A stretch of DNA of 62,846 bases, filler included. It is 5 parts of 5 records of this genome, joined end to end, with 100 filler letters (N's around TTAATTAATTAA, not from the genome) between each part and the next. Parts side by side here need not be neighbours in the genome. Positions count along the whole stretch, not along the records: positions 40,896 to 56,677 come from DRR723986_9009; positions 56,778 to 62,846 come from DRR723986_9014; 3 more parts are not named here. One strand, written 5' to 3'. The notes below the pieces were generated by a model. The model did not search any database. It was not told the origin of the DNA and saw nothing but the letters and a program-made list of their open reading frames with translations. Below are positions 47,932-57,832 of this stretch, in pieces. The position numbers and the translations under genes were made by a program. Within the stretch, counting starts at the first letter, position 1; every line of letters starts with the position of its first letter.

Positions 47932-48810
47932 TTGTCTGATATCGCACAAATACTGCCGTTTCGTTCCAGCGATGATGAGGCGGAAGAGCTGCAATCGAAT
48001 GCCGTACCCACCGGGCTGGGCGCGATCACTTGCATCGTCCTTGGGATTCTGGCAGCTTGCGTGGCAGCAGTCATATCCGGGATCCGTCCCTTTCACGCTC
48101 TTGAGCCGACGTTTGCCGGAATTGTCTGGGCCGTGCCGTTCTTGTCCGGTTACGTGCTGGGAGGAATCGGCAGAGGAAAGCTGCTTAGTGCGACGAGTTG
48201 CTTCCTTTGGTTTGTTGCCGCCACCTATGCTTTTGTCCAGTTGTCGGATTTCAACTGGTCTGATTCGTTGTTGCTATCGATATCCATCGCAACTGTCGGG
48301 TTTATCGGAGGGCGATACGCATCCTTGAATTGGTCGGTCCCGCACAGGCGGAGCCGTTCGGCAAGCCAGGAGAGCTCAGAAGCGTTCAGCCAGCACGCCA
48401 CCTCTAGTGTAACTTTTAGTATTTGGGATCTTGGATTCGTTTCGCTTGTCGTTGCCGTTGCTGTGAGCTGCGTTGGCGAGATACAGGCGCCTTATGCGCT
48501 GGCCGCTTGCATCTTCTTCGCGGCGATTGGTGGAGTTGTGTGCAGTACCGTCGCAGCCCGCTTGGCCCTTCACGACCATTGGCCTCTACGACACTTCGCA
48601 TTCCTCTTCGCACTTGCGATCGGAATGCTGGCACTTGTTCTAGTTAAGTGGCCGTTGCCGTTCGATATTACTCTGTCGTGGCTGATCTCTGGACCAGTGA
48701 ACGCGATAACCGCCCAAGCCCTAACCGTTCTCGTTTGCTGCGCCGCCTATCGTTGGGACCGAGATAGACAGTCAAGATCGTCTGCTTTGCGGCCCGCTGC
48801 AGTACAGTAA
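47932..48810 (+). CDS. Multi-pass membrane hypothetical protein
   Basis: About 8 hydrophobic segments in two blocks. Confidence 0.7.
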   Translation: MSDIAQILPFRSSDDEAEELQSNAVPTGLGAITCIVLGILAACVAAVISGIRPFHALEPTFAGIVWAVPFLSGYVLGGIGRGKLLSATSCFLWFVAATYAFVQLSDFNWSDSLLLSISIATVGFIGGRYASLNWSVPHRRSRSASQESSEAFSQHATSSVTFSIWDLGFVSLVVAVAVSCVGEIQAPYALAACIFFAAIGGVVCSTVAARLALHDHWPLRHFAFLFALAIGMLALVLVKWPLPFDITLSWLISGPVNAITAQALTVLVCCAAYRWDRDRQSRSSALRPAAVQ

Positions 48811-48857
48811 ATGACACGCAACGCCCGGTCTGCCAAGCAGCCCGCGGCCTCGATGTA

Positions 48858-51719
48858 TCAGAATGATCGCCTCGGTGGCTTTGCTGCGGGCTTTTCTTTT
48901 GCCCCTTCGCCGTCTCCACCAAAGAGCTGTCCAGGGAGACTGAAGAGATCGAAATTTAGCGGCGGCAATACCGCCGGTTCAGGAGTCGCCTCGGCTGGTG
49001 TTGGCAGTTGTTGTTTAGGCATCTCAAGCTTCAGTTCAGCGACCAACGAGAGGCTACCGGGTTGCTGAGTGAGGTGTGCTCTTCCACCGCGGAACCATTC
49101 GACCCAAGGGGCTTGGTAGCCAGGCGGCGCGATGGCCTTGCCGGCCTCGTCGACTTGAAGACCATTCCAAGCCGTGCTGGTGAAACCCGTCTGCGGCGAA
49201 TGAGTGTACTCGCCACCCATGGGGCATTGAACCTTCACATCAATCAGCCGCTCAGCCGCTTGCTTACAATCCGCGGGATCGATTCCGAAATCTCGTTCAA
49301 GCAGCTCAAGCAATGTGACAATGCCTTGCGAGTCCTGCCACGCGCGATGGTACCACTTGTTGTTCACCCAGGTTTCCAATTGAGTGCCACGCAAGTTCTC
49401 GACCTTCAATCTCACTTGAGCGTTATCGGTGGAAGCCTCAGCGGCGATTGAACGAATCGCTTCGTCGATAATCGCTTTGTCAAAAGAGAGCAGACTGAAA
49501 GTCTCGTTCTGCCAACGCCACAGGCCGATCAGCAATCGAGAGTATCCTGCGTAATCGGGTCGTGAGAAGTTGTACCCAATGCCGAACGGTAGTTGTTCGA
49601 CCAGATCCGGCTTTGGCCAGGCACCGACGTAAGCGGGCAGCGTGCGCAGAGCAGCAAGCAGTTTGAAAAGGCCGTCTGTTTCGGCTTCGCTTGGTGGAAT
49701 GGTGTCTTTGATTCCAGCAAAGATGTAGTAATCTTGCCCCGAGGAAAGAAGTCCAGCGTCCCCCCGCATGTGCATCTGCAGCGAAGCTACGTCGCTGGCC
49801 GGTTGTTTAATTTCGACGCTGGTCGGTGCCCCGAGCTGCTTTGCAATCCAGCCATATTTGTCGGCTTCAAATGGTGCGATGTAGCCCTCGACAGCAACTA
49901 ACTCAATGGCGCGATCGGCTGGATCCTGAAAACGTCGAAGCCCAAATACCATCGGGTCCATCGACTGCCAGCGACTCCCAAAGTACGTTGCATTCTCCGA
50001 GCACATTGATGCTTCTTCTGCGGTGATGGTGCCAACGTCCATATCGGCGATCGGGACAAAACTGCCTCGCCTGCCACGTACAGCGTCAAACCACCCTGAT
50101 TCGTCGCGGCTAATTTCGGTTCCGGGCAAATTACCGAACGATACGGGCAACAATCCACTAGCCTGCAACTCCGACTGCGTGTTTGAAGTCAGCCCCTCGG
50201 CGGCAGCCATTTGAGTTGCAAGTTCGGCGACATCGATGTGCGCAAGAGCATTCATTCGACGCTGCAATTCGACTTGGTAGTGAGGGCCGACCAAATTCTG
50301 GAGGAACTGAGGCGAGAAATAGGCGAATACACCGTACTTGTTCTCATTTGGCATCCATTGGCGCGTCCACTGGAATTGCCGATCCTCCGCGAGACACTCT
50401 TGTTCTGTGGCGGATAGGAATCGTTCGGTCAATCGCTGGCTTGTGGAGACAAAAATGGCCTGACCCTTCGTCGCCATGAAAGATCGCACCGTGTTGTCGG
50501 GGGTGCTCAAGAGAGTGACGGACCTACCGGCGAGCGTTATGTTCTGAAGCGTTGCGGCTGGGTTCTTTGACGCCGCACTACGTCGGTCAGCGTCGACAGC
50601 AGCTTTCAGTAAGGTCAAATTACGCGCGTACATGATGACGCCGAGACTCGCACCTTCCTTCAGGTAGAGATCACTGCCAACAACGGCCATATCCGCGACC
50701 AACTGGTCACCAAACATCTTGGCCATGCTTGTCAACTTGGTCGCCAGCATCTTTTCAACTCGTTGGGAAGTCTCTGCAGTAAAACTTCGCAGCAATACGG
50801 CTTGAGCGAGGTCACCGCCGAAGCGTTCAGAGAGTTCTTGAAACCAAACGTAGTTCGAGAACTCACCGAACCGCAGATAGAGCCACTCCGCTGGAACGAT
50901 ACGCGCCATCGGTTCAATATCAACTCCTTGAATCGTCACGCCAGGTGCCTGACGCGTGTTCTGCCAAGGTACTGGCTGTGGCAATGGGAGGTCAGGCGAT
51001 CCGGAGTCGTTGGTTCCGCTCAGCAACCGTTCTACCGCGTTCTCATGTTTCTGGTCGACAGCCGCGAGTAGTTCAAAAGTCTTCAGCGTTAGCGACTGCT
51101 CTTCGTCGGTGTCCACTTCCTTGACTTCATCTAGAGAGACTTTCGGCAGCCCGAGTCGATTCTGAAGTGTGGAGAGGAGATATCGATGGACAAGTTTCGG
51201 GATATCATGCTGCTGAACCTCTGCGACTCTGTTGGCCGAGTAAGACTCCCACCACTTGGCTAACAATGCAACATGATCTGTGCCGCCGGACGGTGCAGAG
51301 GGTTGCAATCGAACCGTCTGGTTGATCGCCCCGGCCAATTCAACCGTGAAGGCTTCCCTGCCGGTGAAAGTCCCCATGACAACGATGGCCACTGGCACTT
51401 GTCGCGGTTGTTCGTTTCCATTGATTAAGTTTCGGATGCGATCGCGAATCGCGCCACGTCGGCGAGGCAGTACCGGTCGAAACTCTTCTGTGACGACATC
51501 GGTTGTGAAGAAGCGAGCTTCCCCGTCGGAGCCATGCACTTCCACATCTGTCGAACCAGCGTAACCGGCCGGTAATCGCACTTCGATGGCGAAGACGCCC
51601 GTCGGCTCGGCCAACAGCGCCGTGCTCCCCTGAATCGACTGCGCTCGTGTTGTGCCGTTGATCAGCAGGACAATCGCCAGGACAAAAAGTGCCCCAGCGG
51701 TGGATTTCGGAAAGGTCAT
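48858..51719 (-). CDS. Large secreted hypothetical protein (953 aa)
   Basis: Signal peptide (..NGTTRA-Q) and a long uninterrupted ORF; no recognised domain. Confidence 0.85.
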   Translation of the reverse strand: MTFPKSTAGALFVLAIVLLINGTTRAQSIQGSTALLAEPTGVFAIEVRLPAGYAGSTDVEVHGSDGEARFFTTDVVTEEFRPVLPRRRGAIRDRIRNLINGNEQPRQVPVAIVVMGTFTGREAFTVELAGAINQTVRLQPSAPSGGTDHVALLAKWWESYSANRVAEVQQHDIPKLVHRYLLSTLQNRLGLPKVSLDEVKEVDTDEEQSLTLKTFELLAAVDQKHENAVERLLSGTNDSGSPDLPLPQPVPWQNTRQAPGVTIQGVDIEPMARIVPAEWLYLRFGEFSNYVWFQELSERFGGDLAQAVLLRSFTAETSQRVEKMLATKLTSMAKMFGDQLVADMAVVGSDLYLKEGASLGVIMYARNLTLLKAAVDADRRSAASKNPAATLQNITLAGRSVTLLSTPDNTVRSFMATKGQAIFVSTSQRLTERFLSATEQECLAEDRQFQWTRQWMPNENKYGVFAYFSPQFLQNLVGPHYQVELQRRMNALAHIDVAELATQMAAAEGLTSNTQSELQASGLLPVSFGNLPGTEISRDESGWFDAVRGRRGSFVPIADMDVGTITAEEASMCSENATYFGSRWQSMDPMVFGLRRFQDPADRAIELVAVEGYIAPFEADKYGWIAKQLGAPTSVEIKQPASDVASLQMHMRGDAGLLSSGQDYYIFAGIKDTIPPSEAETDGLFKLLAALRTLPAYVGAWPKPDLVEQLPFGIGYNFSRPDYAGYSRLLIGLWRWQNETFSLLSFDKAIIDEAIRSIAAEASTDNAQVRLKVENLRGTQLETWVNNKWYHRAWQDSQGIVTLLELLERDFGIDPADCKQAAERLIDVKVQCPMGGEYTHSPQTGFTSTAWNGLQVDEAGKAIAPPGYQAPWVEWFRGGRAHLTQQPGSLSLVAELKLEMPKQQLPTPAEATPEPAVLPPLNFDLFSLPGQLFGGDGEGAKEKPAAKPPRRSF

Positions 51720-51975
51720 TTGCGTCAGCCCTGAGTACTAGAAGCGACCCGTGCACTTGCCTTGCACAACAGCAGTGCACTGATCGCAGGCGTTGGTCCG
51801 CGATCAGTGGAGACATCCTTTGCTGAACAGCAATGGGCCGATACGGGCATTTTCGCAGATAGTTGCAGTGTGGCTAGAGCGCCTGCGGCACTGAATCCGC
51901 AATCAGAATGTGGCTAACAACCGGCCAGGTTTTGCAGAGTGAAAGCAGCGATGTGGCAACGTGAGCGACCTCCGC

Positions 51976-52983
51976 CTACTCGGGCAGCACGAACGCCTTT
52001 CCATCCTCTCTATTGCAGAGATAACCCAGAGTCGCCGTGTCCGTAGAAACAGACATGGTGCGCACGCTTCCGTCGGCTAGCGCGAATTGACAAATACCAG
52101 CGTGCCAGCTTCCCCAGGAAACGAGGCCATTTTGATCGTCGTTGATATTCTTGACGATCGGGACACCTGGACCACCGATTCGAGTCGCATTGAATACGTT
52201 GTCGCCGTTGAAGATAAACGCATCGCCAGGGGACTGCCCGAGCGTGCCGCGGGGAACGTGCATTTCGCCAGTCAGGAACGTATTGCTCAGCCCGTCAGTA
52301 CAGCTACTGTGTGTGACTTTATCAATCCAATCCACCGGCGAATCGTCTGATGAGCATCTGGCGCGGCTTGAAATAATTAATCCGTTCCCGTTGCCGCCCC
52401 AGTAGAAGTCTGTTGCCAAGCCGGCTGAGCCAGATGACATGTCGCCGTGGTTTCCTCCGTAGTCTCCAACGGCTCCGCGGAGGTTCGCTGAATTGTCGCG
52501 GCGACATGGGTACTTGCAGCCGCATGGCAATCGACACCACTGCGTTTCAGAAGTGACTACCTTGCCTTCTCCAACTCCCTCCGATGCAGACCTACGTGAA
52601 GGGCAAAGGAAGAGCGAAAGGTTGTATGTGCGAACTTCCTCTTCATGGGAAGCATAACTCTCGGACATCGTCCATCGTTGACGTGCATTTCCAGCTTCGA
52701 CAAACGGCATGATTCGGACCAGCCAAGTTGCCTCGTTTCCGCCGCATGCATTATTTACGTCGTCGGGACGCGGTTGGTACCGAGCCGGCGGGTAGGCACC
52801 GAATGAATTGTGAAACAACTCAGTGGCCAAGGCGATCTGCTTCAGGTTGTTCTTGCATTGCGTCGCACGGGCCGCCTCGCGCGCACTTTGTACCGCAGGC
52901 AGCAACAATCCAACCAGTATGCCGATGACCGCGATCACTACCAGCAGCTCTATAAGTGTGAATCCGCGAGAATCCCGCTGCAC
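51976..52983 (-). CDS. DUF1559 prepilin-type N-terminal cleavage/methylation protein
   Basis: GFTLIELLVVIAVIGILVGLLLPAVQSAREAAR..QCKNNLKQI, DGLSNT and H-X9-DG (SWHAGICQFALADGSV); a planctomycete hallmark. Confidence 0.95.
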   Translation of the reverse strand: MQRDSRGFTLIELLVVIAVIGILVGLLLPAVQSAREAARATQCKNNLKQIALATELFHNSFGAYPPARYQPRPDDVNNACGGNEATWLVRIMPFVEAGNARQRWTMSESYASHEEEVRTYNLSLFLCPSRRSASEGVGEGKVVTSETQWCRLPCGCKYPCRRDNSANLRGAVGDYGGNHGDMSSGSAGLATDFYWGGNGNGLIISSRARCSSDDSPVDWIDKVTHSSCTDGLSNTFLTGEMHVPRGTLGQSPGDAFIFNGDNVFNATRIGGPGVPIVKNINDDQNGLVSWGSWHAGICQFALADGSVRTMSVSTDTATLGYLCNREDGKAFVLPE

Positions 52984-53399
52984 GATTAGCCCTCTCTGGA
53001 ACAGTAACTGTAAATTCGAAATCGCTTTCGCTTGGCCGCCCAAACACTTGGCCGCCAAAACACTTGGAGCGCCCAAGCACGACCTCCCGGAACCATCGCC
53101 TTATCTACTTAAGGTATATGGCAATCCGATTGTAATCAAAGATGTTATCGCATTACTAACGGGGAAGTATGCAAAATAGTTATCTACCGAAGCTTGGGTA
53201 ACCTAACTGGCTTGCCTGCAGGATATGCCGGTCGTAGCACCAATTTGGGGGGCGTAGTTGCCATCTTGCTCGCCCCAAAACCAGCGTGCCGTAGTTCGGC
53301 TTGTTGTGACGGGCGCCCATTTAGCACGGGCGCCCGATAGCGTGGTGAGCATGTGGTGACTTGGCGTATCGGCTTCGCAGCACTATTTCACTGCACGCA

Positions 53400-53909
53400 C
53401 TAATTGACCGTACTGAATAACCCGGCGTCGCTATTCTCGGCTTCAAGGTTCAGCAATAGCCTCTTGGATTCCAGTCCGCCCGCAAATCCGGTCAGCTTTT
53501 GGTCGGCACCAATGACGCGATGGCAGGGCACGATGATCGAGATCGGGTTGCGACCATTGGCTGCCCCTACCGCTCGAACCGCCTTCGGGTTGCCGATCGC
53601 GAGCGCAAGTTCTTTGTAGCTGCGAGTTTCGCCGTAAGGAATCGCCGCGAGCGCATTCCAAACCTGAAGCTGAAACTCTGTGCCTTGTGGAGCAAGTGGG
53701 AGATCGAACGATTTTCGATCACCTGCGAAGTATTCATCCAACTGGCGAGCCGTCTCCTGAAGCAACGCATTGTCTTTGGCCGAAGTGGGAGAACCAACAT
53801 CGACACGCCCAGTTCGTTCGATGGGCCAAGTCACTGCTGCCAAGCCCTCATCGTTGGAGACTAAACACAGGCGTCCAACTGGTGACTCGTAATGACTATA
53901 CTCGTGCAT
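53400..53909 (-). CDS. ogt: Methylated-DNA-protein-cysteine methyltransferase
   Basis: GTEFQLQVW, IPYGETRSY, RAVGAANGRNP, PCHRV active site. Confidence 0.96.
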   Translation of the reverse strand: MHEYSHYESPVGRLCLVSNDEGLAAVTWPIERTGRVDVGSPTSAKDNALLQETARQLDEYFAGDRKSFDLPLAPQGTEFQLQVWNALAAIPYGETRSYKELALAIGNPKAVRAVGAANGRNPISIIVPCHRVIGADQKLTGFAGGLESKRLLLNLEAENSDAGLFSTVN

Positions 53910-54007
53910 GATCGATCCCTGTTGAACTATTCTGTTCAGTACTAGCTGCGTGCAATAGAGTGCCGAGTGTGTTTGCTGGGTTTCGTTGCCGCGGACCCAC
54001 TGTGTGG

Positions 54008-54496
54008 CTAGGCAGGTTGTTTGGGCTTCAGAAAGCTTAGGTGATGCTCGGCGTGCAGCAGTGTAACATGTTGATGCGTCGCTCTATCCATTTCGCCAAA
54101 CAGCGGCGAAGGATGGAGGGTTCCCTCGTGTGATCGAAGTGCCGCGATTACGCTCTCCAGTTTCTCGACGCCTTCTGCATCAGCGTAGTTGTCTGCTGGG
54201 ACAGTTTGTGGCGCGGTGGGTACGCCCGGCTTGAAGCCTTCGCTCTTGATGCTTTCTGACATCCGAGCGGCATAGCCAGTTTTCTTCAAGCCCCAGAAAA
54301 CGACTCGCAGCAAGAGCGGCGGAGTTGGGAAGCCGACCATGGGATAGTTCGCCCAGTCGGCAAGGTGGCTGGTAGCCTGCCCGAGCGACCAATTTCCACT
54401 CCGTTCGTATCCTTGCTCAAGAAGATTCCGGACGTCTGCTAGAAGTGCGTCGAAGTCCTGAAACTTGATCTCACGAGCTCGCTCGAGCTTGGCCAT
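54008..54496 (-). CDS. DUF1569 (DinB-like) protein
   Basis: GNWSLGQ..SHL, HPSPLFG, HAEHHLSFL. Confidence 0.85.
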   Translation of the reverse strand: MAKLERAREIKFQDFDALLADVRNLLEQGYERSGNWSLGQATSHLADWANYPMVGFPTPPLLLRVVFWGLKKTGYAARMSESIKSEGFKPGVPTAPQTVPADNYADAEGVEKLESVIAALRSHEGTLHPSPLFGEMDRATHQHVTLLHAEHHLSFLKPKQPA

Positions 54497-54913
54497 GGAG
54501 GTAACCCTTCGTCCAAAGATGCCGCGGCTGCGTCGAAAGATGCCTTGACCGACAGCAGCCTACTCGCCCGATTATCTCTCATTCCCGCATCTGCGTCTAG
54601 CGGATGCGTCTGTCTGCTTCGTCACTAGTAAAATCGCCGTCCGCACAACCCGGCTTGGGAAACAGTGCCTAGGCAGCTTCATTGACATGCTCGAGTATCC
54701 ACGGCTCGCTCAGCTCTCGAATGTGAGGCAGTTCGCGCGCCGCACAGCTTAGGAAGCTGGATTGGGATAAGGATGGGATGTACCACGGACCAGAATACTA
54801 CCGCAGTGAATCTGAGGCCCTGGACTGTCGCAGCGGAATGGCGAGTGCCTTGCCAATTGATCACACAAGTGTATCGGTAGCCGACTGGTAGTGTGCGTCA
54901 TGTAGAGAAAGTG

Positions 54914-55549
54914 CTATTGAGCAACCGCGAGCAAGCTTCGCAGAACAACTGCTCGAGCGGTCGGGAGTGCTGCGGTTGCAATGTCGAGGGTGATGCCACG
55001 ACGCTTGGCTTCTTCCATATACTTCTGTCGGCACTTGGGGCAGTCGCGAAGATGTTGCTTGGTCAAACGGACCTGCTCAGCGGTGAGATCCTGGTCGAAG
55101 AAGCCTGAGGCGAGTTGCATGACGTCGCCGCACGCCAAGCCGACCAACTGGACTGAAGATTCATCCCCTTGTTCAAAATTGGCGACTTCACCCTGCGCCG
55201 ATTCTTTCGCTAACTCATCTCCGCCGGTCCAATCAAGCTGGAGGGAGAATATGCAAACAATCATTAGGCAGACTGCTACGGCGCACGTCCCCGAAGCCTT
55301 CAGCAGAGTCGCTCGTCGCTCGGCCAAGCGGATGCCCAAGCCGTAGCTGCCCAGCGTACCAGGTTCACATTCTTCCCAGGCGGAATTTGCGTCGCGATCA
55401 GTTTGTTGTTCGTTTTGTTCGCTCACAAGTCGCTCCAAAGCATTCGGCATAAAATTCGTGGTCACCAATCTTGGACATCGTCGCTTCAAGTTGCCTGACG
55501 CTTCGCACCCGTCCGCGTGAGTACGGCAAGATTGACTGGTAGTCACCAA
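54914..55549 (-). CDS. TM protein with zf-HC2 (anti-sigma-type) motif
   Basis: Central TM helix followed by C.DV...HLRDCPKC; start uncertain. Confidence 0.65.
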   Translation of the reverse strand: MVTTSQSCRTHADGCEASGNLKRRCPRLVTTNFMPNALERLVSEQNEQQTDRDANSAWEECEPGTLGSYGLGIRLAERRATLLKASGTCAVAVCLMIVCIFSLQLDWTGGDELAKESAQGEVANFEQGDESSVQLVGLACGDVMQLASGFFDQDLTAEQVRLTKQHLRDCPKCRQKYMEEAKRRGITLDIATAALPTARAVVLRSLLAVAQ

Positions 55550-55709
55550 GTTGCTCGTTCGTAATTATCGGCCAACATGACCGATGGCTCAGTGAGCCAA
55601 CTAACAGAGGCGGTTTTTTCCCCCGCATATCCAGCTCAGTTTGCTGCAACTAAGCGCAATGCATCAAAGTGGTCATGCCCGTAAATTGCGATGGTGAAAA
55701 AGGTAGGGA

Positions 55710-56492
55710 TCAAAAGCCGGGGCTGCGAACGGGACGATACATCTTCAGCGAACTTTCGATGCTTCGATTCGATGCTGGCTGGGGCGGAGCCAAACTTGCT
55801 CCAACATTGATTTCGTCGGCATTGGCAAGCCGCGGCAGGTTGAGCAGTACCAGCTTCTGGCGTTTGATGATGAGGAGGCCCTCGGTCTGCATCTCGCCCA
55901 GTAGAGTCGTCACCGTCTCTCGTGTGGCTCCAATGATTGCTGCCAGATCCTGGTGGGACAACTTTATCTTCAGTTCGATCCCTTCGCTGGTGGCCATGCC
56001 ATACTGCTCAGCAAGCTCGACGAGCAAGTGGGTCAATCTGTCTCGGTTGCTCCTAAATAGTAGGCTGCGCAATCGACGTTCGATGCGCTTTCGCCGCATA
56101 CCGATCAGCTTTGTTACGCCCAGCGTCAGGTCCGGTGACGTAGCCATCAATGGCTGCAAGCTCTCGCTGGGAATGAAAACAATTGTCGAAGAAACGGTCG
56201 TTTCCGCTCGCTCTTCACGCAAACCATTTTCGACCAGTGCCAATTCACCAAAAATCTCGCCTGGCTCAACGAACGCCAGGATACTTTGTTTCCCCTCCGG
56301 CGTCGTCGAACAGATGCGAACCCGCCCTTCGCAGAGCAGGAATGCCCCTTCGGAGGAATCAGTCGGAAGGTAAACGCTCGTCCCTTTCGAGTACTTTTTG
56401 ATTCGCGAGCCGCGTTCAAGCGTCGCTAGCTGGTCATCGGCCAGTCGTTGAAAGAGCGAACAATTCCGTACGTGCCAATATGCTTGACTCAT
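55710..56492 (-). CDS. Crp/Fnr-family transcriptional regulator
   Basis: cNMP-binding domain (PGEIFGELAL) plus HTH LSHQDLAAIIGATRETVT. Confidence 0.94.
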   Translation of the reverse strand: MSQAYWHVRNCSLFQRLADDQLATLERGSRIKKYSKGTSVYLPTDSSEGAFLLCEGRVRICSTTPEGKQSILAFVEPGEIFGELALVENGLREERAETTVSSTIVFIPSESLQPLMATSPDLTLGVTKLIGMRRKRIERRLRSLLFRSNRDRLTHLLVELAEQYGMATSEGIELKIKLSHQDLAAIIGATRETVTTLLGEMQTEGLLIIKRQKLVLLNLPRLANADEINVGASLAPPQPASNRSIESSLKMYRPVRSPGF

Positions 56493-56677
56493 CTGATGCG
56501 GCTTTTGCTAGAGGCGACCAATTCCATGCCATCGGCATTCTGCTGCTGTTTTAGACGCTCGATCGCCCGAGTGCCTTACCTCTGATTGTAAAATGCAGCA
56601 AAAACGATCGCCCAGCCACGACTCTCTGTGGTCTAGTTCACAGAGTGCATCAGCCGCTTGGCGCCAGCCTGCGGTTT

Positions 56678-56777
56678 NNNNNNNNNNNNNNNNNNNNNNN
56701 NNNNNNNNNNNNNNNNNNNNNTTAATTAATTAANNNNNNNNNNNNNNNNNNNNNNNNNNNNNNNNNNNNNNNNNNNN
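56678..56777. other. Artificial contig spacer
   Basis: N-run with the TTAATTAATTAA linker. Confidence 0.99.
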
Positions 56778-57621
56778 TCATCGGGCTCATGTTCTTGAGC
56801 TTCTTGATCTCGGCATCGGCCTTTTCGCGGGCTTCCTTGCTAAGCTTGGTGTCAGCCACCCGCGCTTCCAGTTCCGCAACCTCGTTGGCACCTTCTTCGC
56901 CATCGCCAAGTTCGCGCTGAATGGCCTTCATCTGCTCATTCAGGTAATATTCGCGCTGCGTCCGCTCCATCTGGGATTTCACGCGGGTCTTGATCTTTTT
57001 CTCAACCTTCAGGACGCTCATTTCGCCCTGCATCAGCCCATAGACCTTTTCCAGCCGATCCGAGACGGACAGCGTTTCCAGCAAGTCCTGTTTCTGATCC
57101 ACCTCGATCCCCAGATGACCGGACACGAGGTCCGCCAGCTTGGCCGGATCAGTGGTTTCAGACACGCTGGTCAGCGCCTCTTCGGGGATGTTCTTCTTGA
57201 TCTTGGCGTAGCGTTCGAACTCTTCCGCCACCGGGGTCAGCATCGCCTGAATGGCCTCGGCGTCGCCTTCATCCTCTGCCAGCGGCTCGGCGCTGGCCTC
57301 AAAGAATTCGGGATTGTCGAGGAAGCCGGTGATGGTCACGCGGTTGCGGCCTTCGACCAGCACTTTCACCGTGCCATCGGGCAGTTTCAGCAGCTGCAAC
57401 ACGTTGGCCAGCACACCGGTGCGGTAGATGCCGTCGGTGTCGGGGTCATCCACGGCCGGATCTATCTGGCTCGACAACAGGATCTGGCGATCGTCCTGCA
57501 TCACCTCTTCCAGTGCCCGGACCGATTTTTCGCGACCGACGAAAAGCGGCACGATCATATGCGGAAACACGACCACGTCGCGCAGGGGGAGAACAGGATA
57601 GGTGGTGGTATGATCTGGCAT
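56778..57621 (-). CDS. lon: Lon protease (3' truncated)
   Basis: PVLPLRDVVVFPHM..PLFVGREKS, QREYYLNEQMKAIQREL. Confidence 0.97.
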
Positions 57622-57700
57622 ATTGCCTTCCTTGTACTTGGCAAGAGGGCGCTGGCCCCGCTACGCGGCGACCCTTGGCCCTCTCCGGGGGGAACCGTGA

Positions 57701-57728
57701 ACATGGGGCGCAGTGCCACCGATTTCAA
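57701..57728 (-). promoter_or_regulatory. Sigma32 (RpoH) promoter of lon
   Basis: Minus strand TTGAAA-N14-CCCCATGT, upstream of a known heat-shock gene. Confidence 0.75.
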
Positions 57729-57832
57729 CGGTCCCTACCAGCTTTGGGTCGCGCGCAGTCTGCACGGCGGCGTCGGCAGGGGCAAGGCGTGATCTGCGCC
57801 AGGGTGAAGGAATTATGACACTGGTGAATGGC

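Noticed and set aside
53244-53335. Hairpin and a doubled ACGGGCGCCC between ogt and the DUF1559 gene
   Set aside because: Short and GC-rich, not repeated elsewhere in the contig; no supportable function.
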